Shown: positions 1-9,840, counted from the first letter of the stretch. The stretch is 64,000 bases of DNA from Candidatus Desulfaltia bathyphila (GCA_014381545.1 JACNLL010000035.1:1741-65740), one strand, 5' to 3'. Notes: a model not told the origin generated them from the letters alone. Program-made: numbers and translations.

Positions 1-254
1 CGAACCGGTTTTATCCTGATTAAGCGTTTGATCCATTTTGTATATTCGGGTCTTGTGCGAATCTGATAACCACCCGCAACTTCGTGCAAATAAAATCCGC
101 CTTTGCGGGCTTCATATTCATCTGAAAGAGCCGAAAGAGCATTCCTTATCTCCTTTGTATTATTTAAGGCTAACACATTCTTAATCCGGTCTATTGTAAG
201 TGAAGAACCGGAAACAAACAGCAGGGCCTCGATAATGCTTTTAATATTTTCCAT
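1..254 (-). CDS. scpB: Segregation and condensation protein B (ScpB), N-terminal part; gene runs off the left edge
   Basis: Not in the ORF track because it is truncated. Manual minus-strand translation from the ATG at 254-252 gives MENIKSIIEALLFVSGSSLTIDRIKNVL...GGFYLHEVAGGYQIRTRPEY, a typical ScpB N-terminus. The start overlaps the scpA stop by 1 nt, and scpA-scpB is the canonical order. Confidence 0.75.
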   Translation of the reverse strand, partial: MENIKSIIEALLFVSGSSLTIDRIKNVLALNNTKEIRNALSALSDEYEARKGGFYLHEVAGGYQIRTRPEYTKWIKRLIRIKPV

Positions 255-967
255 TATAAATAAAAAAGTCTGATAATGCCTGTATGAACATGCTGAACAA
301 TACGAAGAAGGCTGATCTTAACCATTTCAAGGATTGCAAGAAAGGTCAGTATAATCTCAGCCTTGTCGGTATCTGAAGAAAACAGCTCGCCAAAGGTTAT
401 TGATCCTTGTTTTTCAAGTAAATCCATTATTTGAGCGATCCTGTCTTTTACAGAGATTCTGTCTGCAGTCAGCTCCAGCCTCTGATCATCGGAAATATTT
501 TCAAGTATTTTTTTAAATGCATCGATAAGTTCAAACAGGCCGACATTAATGATTTCATCTTCACCGGCTTTTGAATAATCCTCTTTATCGATAGTTCTGA
601 CAAAAGTATCTTCACCCAGGATGCTTCTTCTGCTTAAATGTTCGGCAGCCGACTTTGCCTGCAGATATTCCAGCAGTGGTTTTGCGATTTCCGAGCGTGG
701 ATCTTCCTCGGAGTCTTCGTCGTCATGAACAGGCAAAAGCATTCTCGACTTTATCTGGGTCAAGGTGGCTGCCATGACAAGAAAGTCTCCGGCAAAATCT
801 ATGTTCATCGACTTCATCCATTCCAGGTATTTCAGATACTGGTCGGTTATTAAGGCTATTGGAATATCATAAACATCCACCTCATTTTTTTTTATAAGGT
901 AAATTAAAAGGTCCATCGGACCTTCAAAAATACCATCAAGCCGTACCTTATAGATTTCGTCTGACAT
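254..967 (-). CDS. scpA: Segregation and condensation protein A (ScpA)
   Basis: ORF 254..985. The sequence MSDEIYKVRLDGIFEGPMDLLIYLIKKNEVDVYDIPIALITDQYL is the ScpA N-terminal signature. I prefer the ATG at 967 over the TTG at 985. Confidence 0.85.
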   Translation of the reverse strand: MSDEIYKVRLDGIFEGPMDLLIYLIKKNEVDVYDIPIALITDQYLKYLEWMKSMNIDFAGDFLVMAATLTQIKSRMLLPVHDDEDSEEDPRSEIAKPLLEYLQAKSAAEHLSRRSILGEDTFVRTIDKEDYSKAGEDEIINVGLFELIDAFKKILENISDDQRLELTADRISVKDRIAQIMDLLEKQGSITFGELFSSDTDKAEIILTFLAILEMVKISLLRIVQHVHTGIIRLFYL

Positions 968-985
968 AATTCTCTTAAAATTCAA

Positions 986-1112
986 AATTTAGGAATTCGC
1001 TCCTGCCGCGACGGGCGCGAGCACGGCGGGTCGCTTAATTGCGAATTTAGGGATTTAGGAATTAAAGGTATTCTGTTGATTTTAATTCCTAAATCCCTCA
1101 ATTCCTCAATTT
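986..1112 (-). repeat. Octamer-arm hairpin element in the trpS 3' region, with a conserved 19-nt loop
   Basis: Arms GAATTTAGGGATTTAGGAATT / AATTCCTAAATCCCTCAATTC flank AAAGGTATTCTGTTGATTT (1064-1082). The same loop and arm type recur inverted at 21181-21199. This copy has an extra GC-rich insert at about 1002-1030. Confidence 0.8.
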
Positions 1113-1116
1113 ATTC

Positions 1117-2103
1117 TCATATTTTTATCGCAGACCTAACCTCTTTCATGGTTTGCCGCGCTATATTTCTTGCTTTGTCGCATCCGCAGGCTATAATCTC
1201 GTCAACGAGTTCAGGCCGGGATTCATAGTATTCTCTTTTATCTCTAATAGGTTCAAGAGCCTTTATGAGATTTTGAGCCATTATCTTTTTGCATTCAACA
1301 CACCCTATTTGCGCCGAGCGGCATTCATTGTTTACTTTATTTACAGTTTCACTGTCGCTGTATAGTTTATGAAAGTCAAAAACATTGCATATATCGGGAT
1401 TGCCGGCGTCGGTTTTTCTGGCCCGTTGAGGATCGGTGATCATACCGGCGACCCTGGAAGCTATAATATCCGGCTTGTCCGATAAGTATATGGCATTATT
1501 GTAACTTTTGCTCATTTTGCGGCGATCCGCGCCAAGTATCTTAGGTGTTTTGGTTAAGATCGCTTTGGGTTCGGGAAATACTTTTTCATAGAAGTGGTTG
1601 AATCGCCGGGCAATCTCACGTGTAATTTCCACATGCGGAACCTGGTCGATCCCCACAGGCACACCGTCAGCCTTGTACATAATGATATCTGCAGCCTGGA
1701 GAACAGGGTAGCCTAAAAACCCAAGCGTGGAAAGATCCTTGTTGCTAATCTGGGCAATCTGTTCCTTGTAGGTTGGATTCCGTTCAAGCCACGGAACAGG
1801 AGTTATCATTGAAAGGATAAGAAATAGCTCCGCATGTTCCTTAATATGCGATTGCACAAAGAATGTGCTTTTGTCAGGTGAAAGGCCGACGCTCAGCCAG
1901 TCTATCATCATATTTTGGACATATTCTGAAATTAAACTTGTATCTTCATAATCGCTGGTTAAGGCATGCCAGTCCGCAATGAAGAAAAAGCATTCATACT
2001 CCTGCTGCATTTCGACCCAGTTTGCAAGAGCGCCGTGCAGATTGCCTAAATGAAGCAGCCCTGTCGGACGCATTCCGCTTAAAATCCGTTTTTTTCTGTT
2101 CAT
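1117..2103 (-). CDS. trpS: Tryptophanyl-tRNA synthetase
   Basis: 328 aa class I aaRS with an HIGH-like motif (LHLGNLHG), a KMSKS motif and TrpRS-like overall sequence. Confidence 0.95.
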   Translation of the reverse strand: MNRKKRILSGMRPTGLLHLGNLHGALANWVEMQQEYECFFFIADWHALTSDYEDTSLISEYVQNMMIDWLSVGLSPDKSTFFVQSHIKEHAELFLILSMITPVPWLERNPTYKEQIAQISNKDLSTLGFLGYPVLQAADIIMYKADGVPVGIDQVPHVEITREIARRFNHFYEKVFPEPKAILTKTPKILGADRRKMSKSYNNAIYLSDKPDIIASRVAGMITDPQRARKTDAGNPDICNVFDFHKLYSDSETVNKVNNECRSAQIGCVECKKIMAQNLIKALEPIRDKREYYESRPELVDEIIACGCDKARNIARQTMKEVRSAIKI

Positions 2104-2813
2104 CGAAAAGCTCCTATCAGCACCAGAAACAGATGCAACCCATCGCTTCCAAGCAATAAATTCATTAATTGGGGGATAAAGGCAAATAAGCTTCTTAGTG
2201 AATTAGAAATAAGCAAAAACATTATTATTATAATGCCGAAACTTTCAAGACGCGCAAACTGCCGCCTTAAACGCATCGGCAGAAACATGGCAAGCACCCG
2301 GCTTCCGTCCAGAGGCGGAACCGGCAGCATGTTGAACACCGCCAGAACAATATTGATCATCACGCTGTACCCGAGCAGAAGAAAGAGCTCTGTTATGAAA
2401 GGCCTGAAGAAATTATTATATTGAAACAGCTCAAGGCTCTGCAGGATTCGAAACAAGACTCCGCAAATAATCGCTAAAGCCAAATTTGCCAATACTCCGG
2501 CAGATGCGACATAAATTGTTCCCCTGCGATAATTACGAAGCCTTGCAAAATTAACAGGGACCGGCTTTGCATAACCAAATATAAACGGCGAAGAAGACAG
2601 CGCCAGTATCGCCGGCATGAGAAAGGAGCCGACAAAATCAAGATGTTTTATCGGGTTTAAGGTCAGCCTTCCAGCTAACAAGGCTGTATTGTCTCCCATC
2701 CTGTATGCGACATAACCGTGTGCAACCTCATGGATGGTTACCGCGAAAAGCAGCGTTGCTATCTTAATAATCAGTTGGTTTAAATCAAAATTTTGAAACA
2801 TAATTGCGTGCAA
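2100..2813 (-). CDS. Site-2 protease family zinc metalloprotease (peptidase M50)
   Basis: Polytopic membrane protein with an HEVAHG zinc motif. There is a 4-nt overlap with trpS. Confidence 0.85.
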   Translation of the reverse strand: MHAIMFQNFDLNQLIIKIATLLFAVTIHEVAHGYVAYRMGDNTALLAGRLTLNPIKHLDFVGSFLMPAILALSSSPFIFGYAKPVPVNFARLRNYRRGTIYVASAGVLANLALAIICGVLFRILQSLELFQYNNFFRPFITELFLLLGYSVMINIVLAVFNMLPVPPLDGSRVLAMFLPMRLRRQFARLESFGIIIIMFLLISNSLRSLFAFIPQLMNLLLGSDGLHLFLVLIGAFR

Positions 2814-5466
2814 ATTTAAGTTCGTCGTTTGCTGTTTTGAGTTTGCCGTCTAATTTTGCATATAAAACAGCCTCCAGGATTTCCCTGTATATAGGTCCCG
2901 GCTTCAAACCCATCTTTATTAACTGCTTGCCTGTGACAGAAGTAGTAATATATCTTAGCTTTGTAAAGTATCGAGATATGGATTTTTTTATCCTTTTCTG
3001 CTTTGTTACAGCCATCATATATAAGATCAGCTCTGTCTTAAAACCGCAAATTTGCTTGTAAAGAAAACTGTCTTTAACTGATACGGTTCGTTCCAGCGCA
3101 AGAAGACATTTCTCGGCCTGAAAACGTTCTTTGCAAATAATTGTTTTGTGCCGTGGTGAAAGTTCAAATCGAGTGCAGATTTCATCTGATGTTTTATCGT
3201 CACAATGCCTGACAAGCGCCAGAAAATAAACGATCCACTTCATATATAATTCATCTAAAAAAAGCAAATCATGCCATGACAATACCTTTTTAACGGAATT
3301 TAATAATGAAATAACCTCTTCGTTAATTCCTATTGAAGGATGAATCACCTTAAGTAAATTATAATCATAAAGTCTCTTAACTGCAGGCACCGGGTTTTCT
3401 TCTTCAAGAATCTGACGCAGCTCATTAAATACCCTCCGTCCGCTGAGCCGCTTGAAAAAATCCATTTTTACTGCATTGTTAATCAGCCCTGAAGTCAGTT
3501 TCCCTATTGTGAAACCAAAACGCTGCTCAAATCTTATTGCGCGGAAGGCCCGGGTCGGATCCTCAACAAAACTCAAATTATGCAATGCCCTGATACTTTT
3601 CCGTTTTATATCCCTTTGCGCCCCGAAAAAATCTATCAACATGCCGAATTTATTATGGTTAATATGAATTGCCAGAGTATTGACAGTAAAGTCTCTTCGA
3701 AATAAATCTAACTTTATTGAGCTCATTTCAACTGTAGGAAGCGCGGCAGGAAACTTGTAATATTCCATTCTGGCTGAAGCTACATCAATTTTAAAACCGT
3801 CAGGAAAGATTATAACCGCTGTGCCGAATTTTTCATGCGCATGAATACGCGCATTGAATTTTTCAGCATATTTTTTCGCAAAGGCTATGCCGTCACCCTC
3901 TATGACGATATCTATGTCCTCATTTGCTCTATACAAAAACAGATCACGAACAAATCCGCCTGCAACATAAGCATTATAACCGATTTCACTTGCCGTTTCA
4001 CCTGATGTTTTCAATATATTCATCAAACGCTCAGGAATACGTTCATTCATAAATCTTGCAACATTTCTTGTCCTGGCGTGAACCCTCTCGGTTCGCCGGT
4101 CTAATAAGCCTGTGGTTGATTCTTGTGTCTGCCGAACAAGGGCATTTAATAAATCGGTGCGTGTAATAACACCTTTTATAACATCATCATCAACGACAGG
4201 CAGAATGCGCTGCTTGTTCTCGATTATTTTTTTCTGAATTTCAGGAAGATCGGCATCAGATCCGACAACCGACAGCTCTGTTGTCATATATTCCTTTACC
4301 TGAACATAATCCAGTTTATGATAAAGCGCTTTTTCAATTACCTGGCGTGAGATAAAACCGACAAGCCTGTCCTTACCCTCTTTATCTCCGGATTTACCGG
4401 TAACTAAAAGCGCATTTACGTTATAACGTGTCAGAAAATTGTTAGCATCCTTACAAGAAATATCAGATCTTATCATAATCGGAGGAGAAGACATAAGATC
4501 CTTTGCCCATTTCTTAGGCTTAATGCTTTTATAAAGCTTCTCAATCAATTCATGTTCGGTCTGCGCCAGGGTTTTGTCCCTGATTGTAGCGGAAGCCGCA
4601 AAAGGATGCCCTCCTCCTTCAAAAGAGGTAAGTATGGTTCCAACATCGACCTCCGGCATTCTGCTTCGCGCAACAATGTAAATCTTCTTTCCCATGAGCG
4701 CCAAGGCAAAGATTACGCGGATATTTTCCATCTTAACCATTTTATGCACAAGGAAGGCAAAATCGGGCAAATAATCGTCGGTAGTTATACATGTCGCTAC
4801 AACTTCGATGCCGTTGATATTGTAATGCATTGCCGCCTGAATCATATCGTTTAAAAGACCGACCTGTTCGGTAGTTATCTCTCTATCAATCAGATTTGAT
4901 ACAATATCCAAATTTGCTCCCTTTGAAATTAGAAAGGCGGCCGCAACAAAATCGGTTTCAGTGGTGGAAGAAAAAGTAAAAGAACCTGTATCTTCATATA
5001 TGCCGAGACACAATATGGTTGCTTCATCAGGAGATAAGCCGATCCCTTTTTTCTTGATGATTTCGGTAATGATGGAAACAGTTGCCCCTGTTAAGCGATT
5101 AACCTCGTAATTTCCTTTAATATCATTTGCCATGGCTGGATGATGATCATAGATATGCACCTCTAAATCAGATTGTTTCAAAATAGATGCAAATTTTCCG
5201 ATTCGGCTTGTCTGCTTTGTATCGACAAGAACGAGCTTTTTGATATTTGAAAAGTCGACATCCTTTATATCCGCCATATTAAAGAGATATACCATCGACT
5301 TTATGAAGAAATTCCTTAGATTTTTCTCATGTGAGCCCGGGAAAACAATAATAGAACCAGGGTATAGCTTCTGAGCGGCAAGCATGGATGCCAATGCATC
5401 AAAATCAGCATTAATATGGGTGGTTATTACGGTAAGCTTTTTATCGTCTATTTTTGCCACGATCAA
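2785..5466 (-). CDS. Fusion protein: DHH/DHHA1 phosphoesterase, CBS pair and polyA-polymerase/CCA-adding nucleotidyltransferase
   Basis: 893 aa. The N-terminus has DHH motifs (HINADFDALAS, IYDHHP). CBS-like repeats lie mid-protein. GGFVRDLFL...DIDIVIEG is the head-domain motif of tRNA nucleotidyltransferase/polyA polymerase. Confidence 0.85.
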   Translation of the reverse strand: MIVAKIDDKKLTVITTHINADFDALASMLAAQKLYPGSIIVFPGSHEKNLRNFFIKSMVYLFNMADIKDVDFSNIKKLVLVDTKQTSRIGKFASILKQSDLEVHIYDHHPAMANDIKGNYEVNRLTGATVSIITEIIKKKGIGLSPDEATILCLGIYEDTGSFTFSSTTETDFVAAAFLISKGANLDIVSNLIDREITTEQVGLLNDMIQAAMHYNINGIEVVATCITTDDYLPDFAFLVHKMVKMENIRVIFALALMGKKIYIVARSRMPEVDVGTILTSFEGGGHPFAASATIRDKTLAQTEHELIEKLYKSIKPKKWAKDLMSSPPIMIRSDISCKDANNFLTRYNVNALLVTGKSGDKEGKDRLVGFISRQVIEKALYHKLDYVQVKEYMTTELSVVGSDADLPEIQKKIIENKQRILPVVDDDVIKGVITRTDLLNALVRQTQESTTGLLDRRTERVHARTRNVARFMNERIPERLMNILKTSGETASEIGYNAYVAGGFVRDLFLYRANEDIDIVIEGDGIAFAKKYAEKFNARIHAHEKFGTAVIIFPDGFKIDVASARMEYYKFPAALPTVEMSSIKLDLFRRDFTVNTLAIHINHNKFGMLIDFFGAQRDIKRKSIRALHNLSFVEDPTRAFRAIRFEQRFGFTIGKLTSGLINNAVKMDFFKRLSGRRVFNELRQILEEENPVPAVKRLYDYNLLKVIHPSIGINEEVISLLNSVKKVLSWHDLLFLDELYMKWIVYFLALVRHCDDKTSDEICTRFELSPRHKTIICKERFQAEKCLLALERTVSVKDSFLYKQICGFKTELILYMMAVTKQKRIKKSISRYFTKLRYITTSVTGKQLIKMGLKPGPIYREILEAVLYAKLDGKLKTANDELKFARNYVSKF

Positions 5467-5700
5467 GTCCTGTTTTGGATAGGTGTTAAGTGCCAGGTGT
5501 TAAGGGCTTGATAAAACAAAGAATTACTCGACCTCCTGACCCCTTGAATCTTTATTTATAACATATATGACCGGTTTATCAAGACCAAGTTAATTTACAT
5601 AAAGCCGTTGTTGTTTGGCACGGCTTATGATACACGATTTACCATAATTATAGAAAAGATAATCGGTTGGGATAGGTTTGTGTTGGAGTCTGTTTTGCAA

Positions 5701-6648
5701 ATGGTTAATATGAGAAAGTCCGGTTACAAATATATTTTTGGCCCTGTTCCATCGAGACGGCTCGGCATATCACTTGGTGTGGACATTATGCCGCACAAAA
5801 CATGCAGTCTCAATTGTGTTTACTGCGAGTGTGGAAGAACGACCAATTTAACCATAAAAAGGGGTGAATATACCCCTGTGGAGTTGATACGGAAAGAGCT
5901 CAAAGATTTTCTGTCAGGCAATCCAAAACTGGATTTTATTACCTTTTCAGGTTCAGGTGAACCAACATTGCATACAGGTATCAATGAAATCGTCGATTTC
6001 ATAAAAGCGGATTATCCTCAATATAAGTTGGCATTACTTACAAACAGCACACTTTTTTCTCAAAGCAATGTCATAGAACAGGTCCTTGATATGGATGTTA
6101 TTATTGCGTCACTCGATGCCGCAACTGAAAGAAATTTTATCAGAATAAACAGACCGCATCCAGGCCTTGATTTTAAACAGATCATCGACGGGTTAATCTG
6201 TTTAAGGGAAAATTTTTCCGGACAGCTCTGGATGGAAATTTTTTTGGTGCCGGGTATAAACGATAACGAGATTGAGCTTAAAAAGATAAAGAACCTGTTG
6301 ACTAATGTAAAACCTGATAAAATTCAGATTAATACGCTTGACAGGCCGGGAACTGAAAGCTGGGTAAAGCCGGTTGGCAAAAAACGATTAATAGATATAA
6401 ATAGATTTTTATCCGGATTTGAAGTTATTAAGGATTTTACTCCTGAAAAAAATAGCTTTGTACTAAATGAAAATGATTTCAGCAGATTTTTGTCTACATT
6501 AAAACGCAGACCATGTACAGATGAAGATGTTTCGCAAATTTTAGGTATTCACGTCAATGATGTAAAAAGGTTTCTTGAACCTCTAATAGAAAGTGGAAAG
6601 ATCGAAAAAAAGGAGATGCCAAGGGGTGTTTTTTATATAGCAAAGTGA
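5701..6648 (+). CDS. Radical SAM protein, function unknown
   Basis: CSLNCVYCEC (CxxxCxxC) follows the FGPVPSRRLGISLGVD motif. The ORF opens at 5608; the ATG at 5701 (MVNMRKSGYKY) fits the conserved N-terminus better. Confidence 0.8.
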   Translation: MVNMRKSGYKYIFGPVPSRRLGISLGVDIMPHKTCSLNCVYCECGRTTNLTIKRGEYTPVELIRKELKDFLSGNPKLDFITFSGSGEPTLHTGINEIVDFIKADYPQYKLALLTNSTLFSQSNVIEQVLDMDVIIASLDAATERNFIRINRPHPGLDFKQIIDGLICLRENFSGQLWMEIFLVPGINDNEIELKKIKNLLTNVKPDKIQINTLDRPGTESWVKPVGKKRLIDINRFLSGFEVIKDFTPEKNSFVLNENDFSRFLSTLKRRPCTDEDVSQILGIHVNDVKRFLEPLIESGKIEKKEMPRGVFYIAK

Positions 6649-6652
6649 GTTA

Positions 6653-6960
6653 CTCAAGTTTCGCACCCTTTTTATTAAAGCTTTTAACCAGCCTAAGGCA
6701 GGTAAAACGCTAAGGGCCAAAATAAATTTTTAAAGCGAAATATTATACCTTAAACTTCGACAACGGCACCAATAACAAACATTAAGACAATACTTGAAAC
6801 CACGTATGAGTTCAGTAAGTTATATATTCCTTGTGCCTGTCCTTGGCACAAGTCGTGGAGTGCTGGTTAAAAAAGACAAACGAATCATTTCGCTTGAAAA
6901 ATTGAATTTGGCTCCTTTACCGCCTTGACTTTTATAGAAATCAAGGATGCGAAACTTGAG
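6653..6960 (+). mobile_element. MITE-like non-coding element, copy 1 (complete)
   Basis: TIRs are CTCAAGTTTCGCACCC (6653-6668) and GGATGCGAAACTTGAG (6945-6960). The element is homologous along its length to 14441-14702 and, inverted, to 55720-56012. No conserved ORF. Confidence 0.7.
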
Positions 6961-6996
6961 TAAGTTAGTTATGCATAAATAAATGTGGGGGTAATA

Positions 6997-8205
6997 ATGC
7001 CGGTCTATTTGTGGAAAGGTAAAGACAGTAAAAAACGGGTCCGAAAAGGTGAAATGGAGGCTTTGAGCGAAGAAGCTGTCCGGGTAAATCTCACCAAAAT
7101 TAAAATAGTTCCCACAAAGATTAAAGAAAAACCAAAAGACATTTTTGAAAATATCGCTTTTATGCAGCCCAAGGTTGTCCAGGCTGATGTTATACTCTTT
7201 TGTCGACAATTTTCTACAATGATCGATGCTGGTCTTCCGATAATCCAGTGCCTTGATATACTCCATTCACAACAGGACAATAAAACATTTAAAAAAATGT
7301 TAAAAGAGATAAAAGAGGCTGTGGAAGGTGGCGAAACCCTTGCCGATGCTTTAAAAAAATATCCCAAAGAGTTTGACGATCTTTTTGTAAATATGATTGC
7401 AGCGGGTGAAGCCGGCGGTATCCTTGATATTATCTTGAGTAGGCTTTCAGCTTACATGGAAAAAGCGGCAAAACTTAAAGCCAAAATAAAAGGGGCTATG
7501 ACCTATCCGATAGTAACCATGATTATAGCTGCGATCGTGGTCGCTATAATCATGGTTTTTGTTATTCCGGTGTTTGAGGAGATGTTTGAAGGAATGGGCG
7601 GGGCCCTTCCAATGCCGACTCAAATCGTTGTGAATATGAGCAGATTTGTTAAGGGTAACATACTGTATATAATCGCCGCCATAGTCTTTATAATATTTGC
7701 ATTCAAAAGGTTTTATAAAACAGATAAAGGAGAGGCCCTGATTGATGACCTGTCTCTCAAGTTGCCGGTAATGGGGATGCTGCTGCGCAAAGGCGCTGTT
7801 GCCAAGTTTACACGCACCATGAGCACTATGCTAAGCAGCGGGGTTTCAATTTTAGACGCTCTCGATATTGTTGCAAAAACAGCGGGTAACAGAACAATTG
7901 AAACAGCCATATATGACGTTCGTTCCGGTATTACCGAAGGCCGCACAATGTCCGATCCTCTCTCTGAAAGCGGGGTTTTTCCGTCAATGGTATGCCAGAT
8001 GATATCGGTAGGAGAATCTACGGGAGCGCTGGATGACATGTTGAAAAAGATTGCGGACTTTTATGATGACGAGGTTGATCAGGCAGTGGAAAACATGACC
8101 GCATTGATAGAGCCGTTCATGCTGGTATTTCTTGGAGTTGTCATTGGAGGCCTCGTTGTTTCAATGTACCTCCCCATATTCAAGATGGCGGCTGCTATGG
8201 GTTGA
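6997..8205 (+). CDS. pilC: Type IV pilus assembly platform protein PilC (GspF family)
   Basis: About 400 aa with two GspF-type repeats and three TM segments. The N-terminus MPVYLWKGKD...GEMEA is typical of PilC. Confidence 0.9.
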   Translation: MPVYLWKGKDSKKRVRKGEMEALSEEAVRVNLTKIKIVPTKIKEKPKDIFENIAFMQPKVVQADVILFCRQFSTMIDAGLPIIQCLDILHSQQDNKTFKKMLKEIKEAVEGGETLADALKKYPKEFDDLFVNMIAAGEAGGILDIILSRLSAYMEKAAKLKAKIKGAMTYPIVTMIIAAIVVAIIMVFVIPVFEEMFEGMGGALPMPTQIVVNMSRFVKGNILYIIAAIVFIIFAFKRFYKTDKGEALIDDLSLKLPVMGMLLRKGAVAKFTRTMSTMLSSGVSILDALDIVAKTAGNRTIETAIYDVRSGITEGRTMSDPLSESGVFPSMVCQMISVGESTGALDDMLKKIADFYDDEVDQAVENMTALIEPFMLVFLGVVIGGLVVSMYLPIFKMAAAMG

Positions 8206-8326
8206 TAATAACTACTCATTTTGCAAAGCTCTCTTGACACCCATCTGTAAATAAGTTAGCAAATTAAGTTTAATCCTTTAATGTCACTAATAAACAAAAC
8301 CCGGACCCTTTTTGGATTGGATTGAC

Positions 8327-9838
8327 ATGAACAAAACAAGCGATATTGTTGAGCAACGAAGAAAGAAGCTTGAAGACTTAAAAAATAAAAATATTAATAT
8401 TTTTCCAAATGATTTTATTGTAACAAACACGGTAAAAGATGTTGTCAATACAATAGAAAAAGCGCCCGATTCCATCACGGAAAATGATCCTGTTTTTGTT
8501 CTTGCCGGACGTATGATGGCAATAAACCGATTCGGCAAAACCGCCTTTGTAAGATTCAGGGATCGCACAGGACAGCTTCAGGCATATATCAGAAAAGACC
8601 GGGTCGGCGATGAAGCCTTTTCTCTGTTCAAACAGCTCGATATCGGGGATTTTATCGGCATAAAAGGAGGAATGTTTAAGACTAAAACAGGAGAGTGGAC
8701 TCTGCTGGCTAATGAAATAAAACTTGTTTGCAAGGCAATAAGACCTCTCCCGGAAAAATTTCATGGGCTTAAAGATCCTGAAAAACGTTATCGCCGGCGC
8801 TACATTGATTTGATAATGAATTCGAATGTGCGTGATATATTTGTAAAGCGCAGTAAAATCGTCCGGGAAATACGCACATTTTTTCTTAAGCGCGATTTTC
8901 TTGAAGTAGAAACCCCCATGATGCAACCCATCCCGGGAGGCGCGGAAGCCACGCCGTTTAAAACCCACCATAATGCTCTGGGGATGGATCTGTTTTTGCG
9001 TATCGCTCCTGAGCTATATTTAAAGCGTCTCGTCATAGGCGGCTTTGAAAGAGTTTTCGAGCTTAACAGAAATTTCAGAAATGAGGGGGTTTCAACACGG
9101 CATAATCCTGAATTTACCATGCTTGAGTTTTACCAGGCATATGCTACGTATAGCGATTTGATGGATTTGACCGAAGAAATGTTAAGGGTTGTAGCCATAA
9201 ATGTTACAGGCTCTGCAGTAATAACATATCAGGGAAATAGTATCGATCTGGGACGCAAGTGGCGTCGCATGCCGTTGTTGACAGCTATGGAGGAAATCGG
9301 AGGTATTGATCCGGGCCTGCTTGATGACAGGGAAAAACTGCTTGATTTTGCCTCCTCGAAAAGTATCAACATAACACAAAAAACAGGAGCAAGAACTGCT
9401 CGTTTGGGGAAAATTATTGCAAAACTGTTTGATATTTTAGTGGAACCAAAGCTGATTCAACCCACATATATTACCGGATATCCGGTTGAAATTTCCCCTC
9501 TTTCCAGGAAAAGCGACAATGACCCCACACTAACCGACCGCTTTGAACTTTTCATCGCCGGGCATGAAATCGCCAATGGATTTTCCGAGCTTAATGATCC
9601 TGACGACCAGAAAGAGCGTTTTCTTCAACAGGCTGCGGACAGGGAAGCAGGAGATGAAGAGGCCCATTATATGGATGAAGACTATATAAAAGCATTGGAA
9701 TACGGCATGCCTCCGGCTGCCGGCGAAGGAATAGGAATAGACAGGCTTGCGATGATTTTTACCGATTCTGCTTCCATACGTGAGGTTATTCTTTTCCCGC
9801 ATATGAAGAGGGAGAAAAATAGCGCCACTATCATTTAA
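8327..9838 (+). CDS. lysS: Lysyl-tRNA synthetase (class II)
   Basis: OB-fold N-terminus followed by class II motifs (FLEVETPMMQ, NPEFTMLEFYQAY, GIGIDRLAM). The start is taken at MNKTSDIVEQRRKKL. Confidence 0.95.
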   Translation: MNKTSDIVEQRRKKLEDLKNKNINIFPNDFIVTNTVKDVVNTIEKAPDSITENDPVFVLAGRMMAINRFGKTAFVRFRDRTGQLQAYIRKDRVGDEAFSLFKQLDIGDFIGIKGGMFKTKTGEWTLLANEIKLVCKAIRPLPEKFHGLKDPEKRYRRRYIDLIMNSNVRDIFVKRSKIVREIRTFFLKRDFLEVETPMMQPIPGGAEATPFKTHHNALGMDLFLRIAPELYLKRLVIGGFERVFELNRNFRNEGVSTRHNPEFTMLEFYQAYATYSDLMDLTEEMLRVVAINVTGSAVITYQGNSIDLGRKWRRMPLLTAMEEIGGIDPGLLDDREKLLDFASSKSINITQKTGARTARLGKIIAKLFDILVEPKLIQPTYITGYPVEISPLSRKSDNDPTLTDRFELFIAGHEIANGFSELNDPDDQKERFLQQAADREAGDEEAHYMDEDYIKALEYGMPPAAGEGIGIDRLAMIFTDSASIREVILFPHMKREKNSATII

Positions 9839-9840
9839 TT

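Noticed and set aside
6844-6953. Possible promoters inside the MITE: TGGCAC at 6844-6849 as a sigma54 -24 box, and TTGACT at 6925-6930 as a sigma70 -35 box.
   Set aside because: No GC/TTGC element sits at the correct -12 spacing after TGGCAC. No acceptable -10 hexamer lies 16-18 nt after TTGACT (TGCGAA). Outward promoter activity remains only a hypothesis.
6820-7266. 148-aa minus-strand ORF spanning the MITE right half and the pilC 5' end.
   Set aside because: It is not conserved in the other two MITE copies and is antisense to pilC. No motifs were seen.
8234-8262. TTGACA-N17-TAGCAA upstream of lysS considered as a promoter.
   Set aside because: The -10 hexamer is poor and there is no other support. 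Not reported as a feature.
8378-8971. Long antisense ORFs opposite well-supported genes: 8378..8971 opposite lysS, 17944..18474 opposite lpxI, 19914..20429 opposite lpxB, 30543..31124 opposite lpxL-like and 32078..32638 opposite waaF.
   Set aside because: None has recognisable motifs, and their composition is odd (rich in R, S, F and I). Each lies wholly inside a gene whose own frame carries clear family signatures. They are most likely chance open frames.
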